Below, in pieces: positions 19,510-28,672 of a DNA stretch of 64,000 nt (positions are counted from its first letter, which is position 1; every line of letters starts with the position of its first letter). Position numbers and translations under genes: made by a program. This DNA comes from Thermoplasma sp. (lineage in GTDB: Archaea; Thermoplasmatota; Thermoplasmata; Thermoplasmatales; Thermoplasmataceae): positions 411-64,410 of the forward strand of contig NZ_VYIJ01000007.1 in assembly GCF_008709555.1 (NCBI RefSeq), written 5' to 3'. Under the pieces are notes generated by a model, which worked only from the letters and a program-made list of their open reading frames with translations, ran no database searches and was not told where the DNA came from.

Positions 19510-21204
19510 ATGAAAACCGACGTTGTATTCATACATCCCCCATCCATCTATGATTTCAGGAAGAGGGATATCGACCCTGGCCCTATAAGCGATGTCGTTC
19601 CGTCCACGCCAGTGTTCGAGATGTATCCGGTCGGCTTTGTGAGCATGCTGAATTATCTTGTTCAGAACGGTTTCAATGCGAGGATAGCCAACGTCGCGGT
19701 CAGGATGGTGCAGTCGAGGAGGTTTGATCCAGTATCATACCTGAGGGATCTGGATGCCCCCATATATGGAATAGATCTCCACTGGCTTCCGCATGCCCAT
19801 GGTGCCCTTAATATTGCGAGGATAGTCAAAAATCTCCATCCAAACTCGTACGTTGTCTTTGGTGGTTATTCATCCACTTACTTCAGGAAGGAGATAATGC
19901 GTGATTACCCATTCGTCGATTTCGTTCTCGCCGGTGATTTCCAGGAATACGGCATATACAAGCTTGCCGAGAGCATAGTTGAGGGCAAGCCGCTGTCTGA
20001 GGTGCCCGGCCTTGTTCACAGGGAGAACGGCATGGTGAAGGAGGAGAGGCCGTATGACTTCAGGAAAGGCCTTGAGAATGTCTTCTTCAACTACGAAGTG
20101 CTTCTAAAAAACGCAATAAAGTATCATGACGTGAAGGGGCATCTGCCTTACGCAGACTGGTTGAGGAATCCTGAGGGCTTCACGCTGATAGAACGTGGAT
20201 GCCAGCTCAACTGCGGATTCTGCGGTGGGTCAAACTTCTCATACAAGAACAACTTTGCGATCAATTACCAGTTCAGGGACCCATGCAGAGTGGTGGATGA
20301 GATCGAGCTATCACAGGAGATCCTTGGATCGCCAGTCTTCATCGTCGGCGATCTCGCTCTTGCCGGGCAGAAATACTATGAGAAGTTCTTCAAATGCCTT
20401 AGGGATCGGAAGATCGACATACCAATACTCACTGAGTACTTCAAGCCGTTCAACGAGGACTACGCCAAGGAGATAAGCAGGAGCGTTGTCGATTTCTCAA
20501 TGGAGATATCACCGGAAACATCCGATGAAAATGTCAGAAACTGGAACAAGAGCGGATACAGCAACGAGGATCTTGAAAAATCTCTCAAACTTGCGGAGGA
20601 ATACGGATCGAAAAAGTTCGATGTTTACTTCTCCATAGGGCTGTCGCACCAGGACTACAGGAACGTAATCGATACAGTTGAATACGCTGGTAAGCTGATG
20701 AGGGATTTCAGGGGATCGCAGATGAAGATCAGCACATTCATATCGCCGATAGCGCCATTCGTGGATCCGGGTTCGCTCTGGTACGAAAAGTCCGAGATGT
20801 ACGGATTCAAGGTCTTCGCAAGGACCCTTGCAGACATATACCGCATCCTCGATATGGGAAAGACATGGTACGATTTCCTGGACTACGAAACACAGTGGAT
20901 GACCAGGGACGAAATAGTCAATGCAACGTACGATGCAGAGATAAGAATGACCCAGTTGAGGTACGATGTTGGCGATATAAGCAGGGATACCATGGAGACC
21001 ATAATAAGAAATGTCCAGAACTACAGGCGGGGCAACAACTACTGCAAGAGCAACCGGGTGGATAAGCACCTCGCCTACATGAGCAAGGACATAGAATGGT
21101 CCAACAAACACAAGCCAACTCTGACCTCTCTTCTGATACTCCTTTACAGATCATACGAGGAGGTCATAGGCGGAATGCGTATCAGATCCGAGGAAAGATC
21201 GTGA
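19510..21204 (+). CDS. large radical SAM protein with N-terminal B12-binding-like (Rossmann) domain
   Basis: N-terminus KTDVVFIHPPS.. followed by VVFGGYSSTYF (the pattern of the COG1032-type domain). Radical SAM motif IERGCQLNCGFCGGS. 564 aa. Confidence 0.7.
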   Translation: MKTDVVFIHPPSIYDFRKRDIDPGPISDVVPSTPVFEMYPVGFVSMLNYLVQNGFNARIANVAVRMVQSRRFDPVSYLRDLDAPIYGIDLHWLPHAHGALNIARIVKNLHPNSYVVFGGYSSTYFRKEIMRDYPFVDFVLAGDFQEYGIYKLAESIVEGKPLSEVPGLVHRENGMVKEERPYDFRKGLENVFFNYEVLLKNAIKYHDVKGHLPYADWLRNPEGFTLIERGCQLNCGFCGGSNFSYKNNFAINYQFRDPCRVVDEIELSQEILGSPVFIVGDLALAGQKYYEKFFKCLRDRKIDIPILTEYFKPFNEDYAKEISRSVVDFSMEISPETSDENVRNWNKSGYSNEDLEKSLKLAEEYGSKKFDVYFSIGLSHQDYRNVIDTVEYAGKLMRDFRGSQMKISTFISPIAPFVDPGSLWYEKSEMYGFKVFARTLADIYRILDMGKTWYDFLDYETQWMTRDEIVNATYDAEIRMTQLRYDVGDISRDTMETIIRNVQNYRRGNNYCKSNRVDKHLAYMSKDIEWSNKHKPTLTSLLILLYRSYEEVIGGMRIRSEERS

Positions 21205-21252
21205 TCCGCATATTTTTGGCAAATGTTAATAACCATTAAAAAATAGAGTATC

Positions 21253-22350
21253 GTGATAGTATCAGATCATATTTCATCCATAGAGAAGAAGATCGAGGCC
21301 GGAGAGGATCTGGACGCTGATGACATCGTATATATGTATGATGAAGCTGACGTGAACGATCTTGGTAAGCTCGCCAGGAAGATCACTGAGAGAATAAGCG
21401 GGAACCGCGTTTCCTTTGTGTCAAACATAATTCTTAACTATACAAACGTCTGCAATGTCAGGTGCAAGTTCTGTGCCTTCTACAGGACTGGAAAAGAAGA
21501 GGACGCGTACACCATGACTCCAGATCAGGTCATAGATGAGATCAGGAAATACTATCCTCTCGGCATAAAACAGGTTCTCATCCAGGGAGGTGTCAATCCC
21601 AGCCTGGATCTGGATTACTACCTCGAGGTCTTCAGCAGGATCAGGAAGGAATTCCCTGATGTAGGGATAAACGGCCTCTCAACGGCAGAGATAAATTTCA
21701 TATCAAGAAAGGCGAAGATGAGCTACGAAGATACGATATCCGTACTCAGGGATGCGGGGCTTGAGACGATACCCGGAGCTGGTGCAGAGATACTGGATGA
21801 CGATATCAGGGTGGCACTCGGAAGGCCGCCTGGAAGCGGAAAGCAGTGGCTGGAGATCATGGAGACCGCACACAGGATCGGCGTGAAGACCTCTGCAACC
21901 ATGGTTTACGGGCACATTGAGAAGAGCATAAACAAGGCGCATCACCTTATCGCGATCAGGGATCTGCAGAAGAAGTACCATGGCTTCCTGTCATTCACGG
22001 CATGGAACATGGAACCGGACAACACGGAACTCCAGCGGGAAGGTGTCCTGAGCTACAGATCACAGGCTGAGGACGTGATCCGAAACGTTGCCATATCCAG
22101 GATAGTGTTGAACTATGACCTTCCCATAATTCAGAGTTCATGGCTGACAAACGGTGTGGAGATGGGGCAGCTCGCGATCATATACGGATCAAACGACTGG
22201 GGCGGTACGATATACGATGAGCGCGTTATACCTGCAACCGGCAAGCAGGTAGGAAACCTCAGGAAGGAGATAATAATAAGGAGCATCAAGGACCTGGGCA
22301 TGGTGCCTGTGGAGAGGGATAACCTCTACAGGCCGGTGCAGGTTTATTGA
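21253..22350 (+). CDS. radical SAM enzyme of the MqnE/MqnC/CofH family (paralog of 18241-19338)
   Basis: NYTNVCNVRCKFCAFY, QGGVNP and SNDWGGTIYDE motifs. 365 aa, GTG start. Confidence 0.75.
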   Translation: MIVSDHISSIEKKIEAGEDLDADDIVYMYDEADVNDLGKLARKITERISGNRVSFVSNIILNYTNVCNVRCKFCAFYRTGKEEDAYTMTPDQVIDEIRKYYPLGIKQVLIQGGVNPSLDLDYYLEVFSRIRKEFPDVGINGLSTAEINFISRKAKMSYEDTISVLRDAGLETIPGAGAEILDDDIRVALGRPPGSGKQWLEIMETAHRIGVKTSATMVYGHIEKSINKAHHLIAIRDLQKKYHGFLSFTAWNMEPDNTELQREGVLSYRSQAEDVIRNVAISRIVLNYDLPIIQSSWLTNGVEMGQLAIIYGSNDWGGTIYDERVIPATGKQVGNLRKEIIIRSIKDLGMVPVERDNLYRPVQVY

Positions 22351-22371
22351 TTTTTGCAGGCATCCTTTTTT
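22351..22371 (+). terminator. oligo-T termination signal after the radical SAM gene
   Basis: TTTTT (22351-22355) and TTTTTT (22366-22371) lie immediately after the stop codon. Confidence 0.4.
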
Positions 22372-22445
22372 CTCTGGTTTGTGAGTGTGAGGGCGACCTG
22401 CGTAAATTATATTCGCGCGGTGTCATATACGCCAGGAGTGCATAA

Positions 22446-23669
22446 ATGACCTTGGATGATGACGGAAGTCTCCTACCGGCCATAAGGATAAAGGAGGACC
22501 CTGAAGATTTTCTGGTTGAGGAGATAGCAGACATTCCCCGGAGAGATGGGGGCAAGTACATAATCATAAGAGCAGAGATCACGGACTGGGACACAAATAA
22601 GGTCGTGGAGGCCATTGCATCATCGCTCAGGATAAGCAGGAAAAGGATATCGTATGCTGGCACAAAGGACAAGCGTGCGAAAAAGATACAGTATTTTTGC
22701 ATAAATGCACCTGTTGATGTAACCAGGATCTCCCTTAACGGTTTCAGGATCCTCGATACATTCAGAAGCGATCACTACCTGAAGCTCGGCGATCTAACCG
22801 CAAACCATTTCAGGATCAGATTCCACGGGCCAGAGGATGACTACATAAAGAGGCGTTACGATGCCATGATGGCCAATGGCGGTTTTCCCAACTACTTCGG
22901 CCAGCAACGCTTCGGATCAAGGCGCAGGAACACGCATGACGTTGGAAGACTCATAGTCATGGGCAGGTACGAGGACGCTGTCCGCCTATACATCTACGAT
23001 GATCGCTACGACACAGAGGACTATCGGAAGGATTTTGTTGAGACACTGGACTATGCAAGGGCTCTTGATCAATTTCCAAAGACCCTGAGGTTCGAGCGAT
23101 CAATCATCGGCTATTACGCTGATCATCGCACTTTCCGCGGTGCTTTTGACGCTCTTCCCAAGAACCTTGCCATAATGTTCGTGCATGCATATCAGTCATA
23201 CCTGTTCAACAGGATGCTGAGCCTGAGGATAGAGAGATACGGGCTGAATACTGCCATACCTGGCGATATAGCCTTCCCTGTGGATCGATACTTCAACCCT
23301 GATCGGAGTAGGCCTGTGGAGGTTAACGAGGTCAACGTTGACAGGATAAACGAGCTCATAAGGAAAGACAGCCTCAGGGTCGCGCTTCCCATAATAGGAT
23401 CTGAAGTTGGCCCTGATTCAAGCGAGTTCGGAGAGATCGAGAGGAAGGTCCTGGAGGAGGAACACATTGACCAGGCCATGTTCAGGAACGTGGAGTATCC
23501 ACATCTGTCATCCACCGGGGACAGGCGGATAGTATCGGCAAAGCCAGTTGATTTTTCTGTTTCCGGAGGCATTATGGAGTTCACCCTCGGAAAAGGCATA
23601 TACGCAACAACGCTCATATCAGAATTCGGGAAAGTCGTCGATTCTGACATTTCGTCAGATGGGTTTTGA
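22446..23669 (+). CDS. truD: tRNA pseudouridine synthase TruD/Pus7 family
   Basis: Catalytic signature YAGTKDKRA, NYFGQQRFG, and AYQSYLFN. 407 aa. Confidence 0.9.
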   Translation: MTLDDDGSLLPAIRIKEDPEDFLVEEIADIPRRDGGKYIIIRAEITDWDTNKVVEAIASSLRISRKRISYAGTKDKRAKKIQYFCINAPVDVTRISLNGFRILDTFRSDHYLKLGDLTANHFRIRFHGPEDDYIKRRYDAMMANGGFPNYFGQQRFGSRRRNTHDVGRLIVMGRYEDAVRLYIYDDRYDTEDYRKDFVETLDYARALDQFPKTLRFERSIIGYYADHRTFRGAFDALPKNLAIMFVHAYQSYLFNRMLSLRIERYGLNTAIPGDIAFPVDRYFNPDRSRPVEVNEVNVDRINELIRKDSLRVALPIIGSEVGPDSSEFGEIERKVLEEEHIDQAMFRNVEYPHLSSTGDRRIVSAKPVDFSVSGGIMEFTLGKGIYATTLISEFGKVVDSDISSDGF

Positions 23670-25034
23670 AATGACCTCGAACGACCTCTCATTTTTCAGA
23701 AAACTTATGAAACCAAGAAATCCACCTATTATTTCAAGCGGGGATATCACGAATATGTAAAGGAATACCAGTATGGCATAATCCATGATGCTTTCCCTGT
23801 ATATACCCGAGACTTCCCTGTTTATCCGTAGGCCAGATATGTAGAACCATATCCAAAATGAGAGCGTGAATGCCCAAAGGAACAGTACTTCGGGGTTGAT
23901 CACCGCCATTCGTATCACACCGAGGAAGTGAAGGATCATCAGCACAGGAACGACGTTCTGCACCACCATGCCTATCCAGAAGATGATGCTGTATATCATG
24001 AACGCCCTGTATTTTATGGGTATACCACCATAGAAGCTCAGGTTGGAAACATTCAGGAACCAGCGTTTCCTCTGCTTCAGCATATCCCTTATGGTGGTGG
24101 GCGACGAACCATATGTTATAGCCGGCATGAACGCTGATTTTCCCGGATACATATAGGCAAAGTTCAGAGCGAAGAAGCTGTCATCTGCAATTGCACGGTT
24201 GCCGTTGTCCCAGCCAACTGACTCCTCTATGTCCGATCTGACGAGCATGTTCTCTCCGTGAAGCCCGATCAGCGGCATCTTGATTACGTTCGTGAAGAAG
24301 TAAAACCTGGTGAGGTCATCCGTTGGCCTCATGGAATCCGCGTACTTCGTTATGAAGTTCCTGGTAAGGAAATGCGGGAATGACAGTATGCCCTGTGCAA
24401 GGTAATACCTGTCCCCATAGCGCATTATATGCTCCGCCACTGCGGCAACGCTCTCTGGGCCTATTGATGTGTCATCGTCAAGATGGTATATCCATGTATT
24501 CTTCGATACCAGACCCTGCGCCCGCAGCATCTCTATTGCGTACTGGTTTGCCCTGGATTTAGCCAACGCCCCCTTTCTGGTCCTGTATTCCCTTGGGACT
24601 ACGGTTATCCTTATACAGCTGCTGCCGCCGTATTTCTTCTCCAGGTATGATCTGGCCTCTGAGTTCTCCTCGATCACGAGATTTATGAACCAGTTTCTGA
24701 GGTTTCTTGGCGCTGACGACGTCACAGAGTTTATGACCCTCTCCAGTGCATTTACCACATCCCACCTTGCTATGGACGCTATCTGGAATATTACGGTCTC
24801 ATCTATGTGACCGCTGAAATCGGATAGCCGGACATTTCTGCTCTTGTAGGCACCAGCAAGGGCTATTATGATTATTGGCAACCCCATTATCCACAGTGCT
24901 TCCACGGCATATGTTATTGGACTGGATGAATTGGAAATGAATGTGAACCCTGCTGGGATAAGGAGGACGAGTATGACGGGGATCTGCCAGAAAGTCAACC
25001 CCATCCCAAAAGCGCCCTGCCTCAGATTTTGCAT
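23655..25034 (-). CDS. membrane-embedded family 2 glycosyltransferase with processive-type signature
   Basis: HLDDDTS (DxD), IADDSFF and QRKRW (QxxRW) motifs. TM helices at both ends. TATA aaatttatataatg lies ~27 nt upstream. Confidence 0.8.
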   Translation of the reverse strand: MQNLRQGAFGMGLTFWQIPVILVLLIPAGFTFISNSSSPITYAVEALWIMGLPIIIIALAGAYKSRNVRLSDFSGHIDETVIFQIASIARWDVVNALERVINSVTSSAPRNLRNWFINLVIEENSEARSYLEKKYGGSSCIRITVVPREYRTRKGALAKSRANQYAIEMLRAQGLVSKNTWIYHLDDDTSIGPESVAAVAEHIMRYGDRYYLAQGILSFPHFLTRNFITKYADSMRPTDDLTRFYFFTNVIKMPLIGLHGENMLVRSDIEESVGWDNGNRAIADDSFFALNFAYMYPGKSAFMPAITYGSSPTTIRDMLKQRKRWFLNVSNLSFYGGIPIKYRAFMIYSIIFWIGMVVQNVVPVLMILHFLGVIRMAVINPEVLFLWAFTLSFWIWFYISGLRINREVSGIYRESIMDYAILVFLYIFVISPLEIIGGFLGFISFLKNERSFEVISKPI

Positions 25035-25152
25035 TTGATGATGATCGTATGGACATTATATAAATTTTGGCAGATGTTTAACGTTTCCGGCAGACATCCG
25101 AGTATACCAGTCCAGAGAAAAAATAAGAATTTTGTCTAATTTCTTAAAATTT

Positions 25153-26034
25153 TTACTGCTTCAGCTGTTCAAGTATCTTCGGAACCACGGTGAATATGTC
25201 GCCTACTATGCCGTAATCGCACTCCTGGAATATCGGTGCATTCTTATCCTTGTTTATGGCTATCACGGTCTTCGAGTTCCTCATTCCGGCGATATGCTGT
25301 ATCTGCCCGGATATTCCAAGAGCGATGTAGACCTTCGGTGATACCTTCTTGCCGGACAGACCCACCTGCCTGTCCTCGCTGAGCCAGCCGTAATCCATGC
25401 AGACCGGCCTAGATCCGGCGATCTCACCGTTCAGCGCCTTTGCCAGTGGTTCGATCTTCGCTATGTTATCTTTGCTGCCTATGCCCCTACCCACTGATAC
25501 GATGACCTTTGCATCCTCCAGCCTAACGCTTCCACCGGCCTTGCTGACGAATTTGGTTATCTTTATCCTGCTCTGTCCCACTTCGAGATCCCTTGCTTCC
25601 GGAGTGGAACCCAGGTCCTTGGCCTCTATGACGCCAGGTGCGACGGTTATGATCCTGGCATCGCTCTCCTCCTCTATGACAGTCTTCCCGCCGAAGAAGA
25701 ATCTCTTTGTGTGCGTCTTCTGCCCGCTGAAATCAAGGAAGAAGACTTCAGTTGCAGCGTAGAAACCCGTCTTGAACGAAAGGTATCCCGCGATCTCCCT
25801 TCCGATCTCAGTTGATCCTATCACTATGTAATCGTAGTTGCCGGCGATCTTCAGTATGCCCTCAGATACTGCATCAAACGGCGTTTCTCTCTTCGCCTTG
25901 TAAAGCACATGCGATCCGAGGCCCTTGGCATCCCCCTCTCCAATGAGCACGGAGTCAATATCGCCTTTACCAGAGACCAGCGTGTTGACCTGCCTCAGAA
26001 AGTTAATATCGTCCGATACTGTCAGAAACTTCAT
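25153..26034 (-). CDS. etfA: electron transfer flavoprotein alpha subunit
   Basis: C-terminal FAD-binding region PKVYIALGISGQIQHIAGM..VIAINKDKNAPIF. 4-nt overlap with etfB. Confidence 0.9.
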   Translation of the reverse strand: MKFLTVSDDINFLRQVNTLVSGKGDIDSVLIGEGDAKGLGSHVLYKAKRETPFDAVSEGILKIAGNYDYIVIGSTEIGREIAGYLSFKTGFYAATEVFFLDFSGQKTHTKRFFFGGKTVIEEESDARIITVAPGVIEAKDLGSTPEARDLEVGQSRIKITKFVSKAGGSVRLEDAKVIVSVGRGIGSKDNIAKIEPLAKALNGEIAGSRPVCMDYGWLSEDRQVGLSGKKVSPKVYIALGISGQIQHIAGMRNSKTVIAINKDKNAPIFQECDYGIVGDIFTVVPKILEQLKQ

Positions 26035-26771
26035 CTTACCTCCTCCTTCAGAACCTTGACAACCTCGGCGATGCCCTCATCAACCTTCTCGAAGACCTTC
26101 CTCTTTCTCTCGCTCTTCGGTGCGAGGTTGGATATCACGTTCACGTTGTTGAAAGACCCGTCAAACTTCTCAGTGCGGATTGGTTTTCTCCCGGCAGCCA
26201 TTATCTGCAGAACTGGCGGGAGCCTTGGCTCATTTATCTCCTGCGTGACTGAGACAACCACCGGCATCTCAGCCTCCATCTCCACGTTCTCCGCCTCTCC
26301 GACCTGAGTTATGCGTACGGTCTTCCCATCTATGGCAATGTTGTTTGCATTACCAAGAAGGGGGATGCCCAGTCCAGCTGAAATGAGGCCCGGAAGCATT
26401 CCTGTATACGAGTCAGCAGACTGATCGCCAAGAATGACCATATCGAACTGGATCTGCTTGAGATATGTGAGAATGGCCTTGGCCGTGACCTGCGGATTGC
26501 TCCCCTTATAGCCCGTTATGAGGATACCCTCATCCACACCCATTGCATAGGATTCTTTCATCGCAGAGGTCCCAGCCTCAGTGCCGAATATGATCCCGGT
26601 CACCTTTCCACCGTTCTTCTCCTTGATCCGTACTGCGGCTTCTATGGCATTCTTGCTAAGATTTTCCAGCCTGTAAGGAATTCCGGTCAGTATTGGCTTC
26701 CCCTCGCTGTCTGTCTTCATCTGGTCTATGTCTATAATTTGCTTAATGAGAACAACTACGTTTACCATCAT
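26031..26771 (-). CDS. etfB: electron transfer flavoprotein beta subunit
   Basis: N-terminal VVVLIKQIIDID and MVILGDQSADSYTG motifs of EtfB. Confidence 0.9.
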   Translation of the reverse strand: MMVNVVVLIKQIIDIDQMKTDSEGKPILTGIPYRLENLSKNAIEAAVRIKEKNGGKVTGIIFGTEAGTSAMKESYAMGVDEGILITGYKGSNPQVTAKAILTYLKQIQFDMVILGDQSADSYTGMLPGLISAGLGIPLLGNANNIAIDGKTVRITQVGEAENVEMEAEMPVVVSVTQEINEPRLPPVLQIMAAGRKPIRTEKFDGSFNNVNVISNLAPKSERKRKVFEKVDEGIAEVVKVLKEEVR

Positions 26772-26812
26772 CCTGATATGATTCCGTATCGTATATACGT
26801 TTTCAATGGTCT

Positions 26813-27898
26813 TCAGTTATTTGCCGTCTCGTATGGATCGCTGACCTTGAATATCCTGGGGTTTGTTATTACTATTATTCCTATGACCAGCGCAAATATC
26901 GCGAAGGCCATCGCTGTGAGAAAGAGCATTGCACCGCTTACAGCCCACAGTATTGATCCCATGAGCGGCGCTATGACCATTATCGGGTTCCTGAAGAATG
27001 ATGTTATCTGCCTGAAATCGAAAGCGGACGGGAACTGTGATCGGATGAAACGCCCGGATCCTATGAATGCGACCGGCAGCAGAGAGAGAAAAATAAGGCC
27101 GGCAACAAAGGACGTTGGCGACATGAAGCTCATGAGCAGAAGACCTGCCACCAGTATGAGATCCTTTGCTGGATAGAAGAAAGGTATGGAAGGTATTTTC
27201 GAGGATTCAAACACGTATACAAGGGCCGCGCCTATTATGATCGCGGCGGCAACAGAGAACATAACCCCGGATCTTGACATGCTGGAACCAAGACCCGCCG
27301 ATATTATGAACGGGAAAGCTGATCCTATTGATATCCAGACGAATATCTCATCCAGCGAAACTGCAAGCAAAAGAAGCTTCTTCTCAACCGTCCTTATACT
27401 CTCCATGGAGTTGAATGGCCTCAGAAAAACCCGGAAGATATCGTACCTCCTGAATCTGCCAGTGGGCCTCTTGAAGAAGAAGAATACAGCAGCGAGGCCG
27501 ACTGCAAGCATTATGATAGCCATGTATGAGTCCAGGGTATACATCTGCCCTGGAAATACGCCTGCCACTATCAGGCCGATGAACCCTCCCAGACCTGCAC
27601 CGACCATGAATATTCTCTCGTTCGCGCTTATGGAGATGCTGTTCCTAATTGTGGAATTGTAGAACATCGTGAGCGATACCGTGAATAGGGCAACAGAAAC
27701 GGAGATCACTGGGACGCTCTGTGATATGTAAACCAATATGAATGCCACGGCCACCATAAGTATGGAAAGTGGAACCGTTATTGCATCTCCTGAACGGTCC
27801 ACGTACTCGCGCGAAAGCGAATTAAATATCAGGTAGAATATGACTGCTATGGCAAAAAACACGCCCAGGTAATAGAACGGAATACCCCCTTCCCTCAA
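26813..27898 (-). CDS. hypothetical polytopic membrane protein
   Basis: 361 aa with about 10 hydrophobic helices. TTG start. An in-frame hydrophobic extension without a start codon lies upstream (see findings). Confidence 0.5.
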   Translation of the reverse strand: MREGGIPFYYLGVFFAIAVIFYLIFNSLSREYVDRSGDAITVPLSILMVAVAFILVYISQSVPVISVSVALFTVSLTMFYNSTIRNSISISANERIFMVGAGLGGFIGLIVAGVFPGQMYTLDSYMAIIMLAVGLAAVFFFFKRPTGRFRRYDIFRVFLRPFNSMESIRTVEKKLLLLAVSLDEIFVWISIGSAFPFIISAGLGSSMSRSGVMFSVAAAIIIGAALVYVFESSKIPSIPFFYPAKDLILVAGLLLMSFMSPTSFVAGLIFLSLLPVAFIGSGRFIRSQFPSAFDFRQITSFFRNPIMVIAPLMGSILWAVSGAMLFLTAMAFAIFALVIGIIVITNPRIFKVSDPYETANN

Positions 27899-28098
27899 TA
27901 TGAAGGTGAACGATCCAGCATAGAGTGCCAGCGAAAAGAAGGTTGCGACAACTATGCCGAACCTGATCAGGAAAAGGTTACGATCGTCCGTGGCGGTGCA
28001 CCTCTTTCAGCATCATATACCCGTTATAAATATATTTCTACGGATTGTTCTTCCTTCTCAACGTATCGCCATAATGCTTAATACAATGCTAACGTTAA

Positions 28099-28533
28099 AT
28101 GGCTATGCCTCTACTGGCAAGAACTGGAAGCCTCGCCGCAGGTACCGCGGCTGGCATCCTCTTCCTGATAGCGATGGTGACCATAAGCCCTGTTTCATGG
28201 TTCATATCTGGACTGGTTGCAGGCATAGCCTCCAAGGGATCCGGCAGAGGAGCTCTTGCAGCCCTCATCTCGTCACTAGTAACGGTATTCATAATGATCA
28301 CGCTGACAATAGCTGTGCCATCTTCATTCCTGCAGTCCATATACAGTTCGACAGGAAACAGCTTTGTATACTCATTCGTCAGCTACTCCGTTGACCAGAT
28401 AAACTCACCGATATCGCCACTCGTCAACAGGATAATAGTTGATTTTACGCTCTTCTCCATAATGGGCGGTGTAATAGGAGGTTCGCTCTTCAGAAATACT
28501 ATACACGCTGATGAGGTCGTTTCGAAGAAGTGA
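28099..28533 (+). CDS. small hypothetical membrane protein
   Basis: 144 aa, Gly/Ala/Ser-rich with four hydrophobic helices. No family recognised with certainty. Confidence 0.5.
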   Translation: MAMPLLARTGSLAAGTAAGILFLIAMVTISPVSWFISGLVAGIASKGSGRGALAALISSLVTVFIMITLTIAVPSSFLQSIYSSTGNSFVYSFVSYSVDQINSPISPLVNRIIVDFTLFSIMGGVIGGSLFRNTIHADEVVSKK

Positions 28534-28672
28534 TCCTGCTTTCTCACGTTTAAGACCCGGGAATATAATTCACCCTTTATGCACGCTGCGATCCATGATC
28601 CGAGTCCTCAGAAATGCTATGGGTGCCCTTTGATTCAGGTCATGAAAATATGAGAAAAATTAAATCTACTGT

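Noticed and set aside
25035-25075. TTGATGATGA just upstream of the GT2 gene, considered as box C of an sRNA
   Set aside because: No CUGA box lies at any appropriate distance. The sequence sits in the GT2 promoter and 5' region.
27954-28394. 146-aa plus-strand ORF overlapping the start of the 144-aa membrane protein gene
   Set aside because: It is out of frame with the more plausible Gly/Ala-rich membrane ORF (28099-28533), and its Arg/His-rich composition is atypical.
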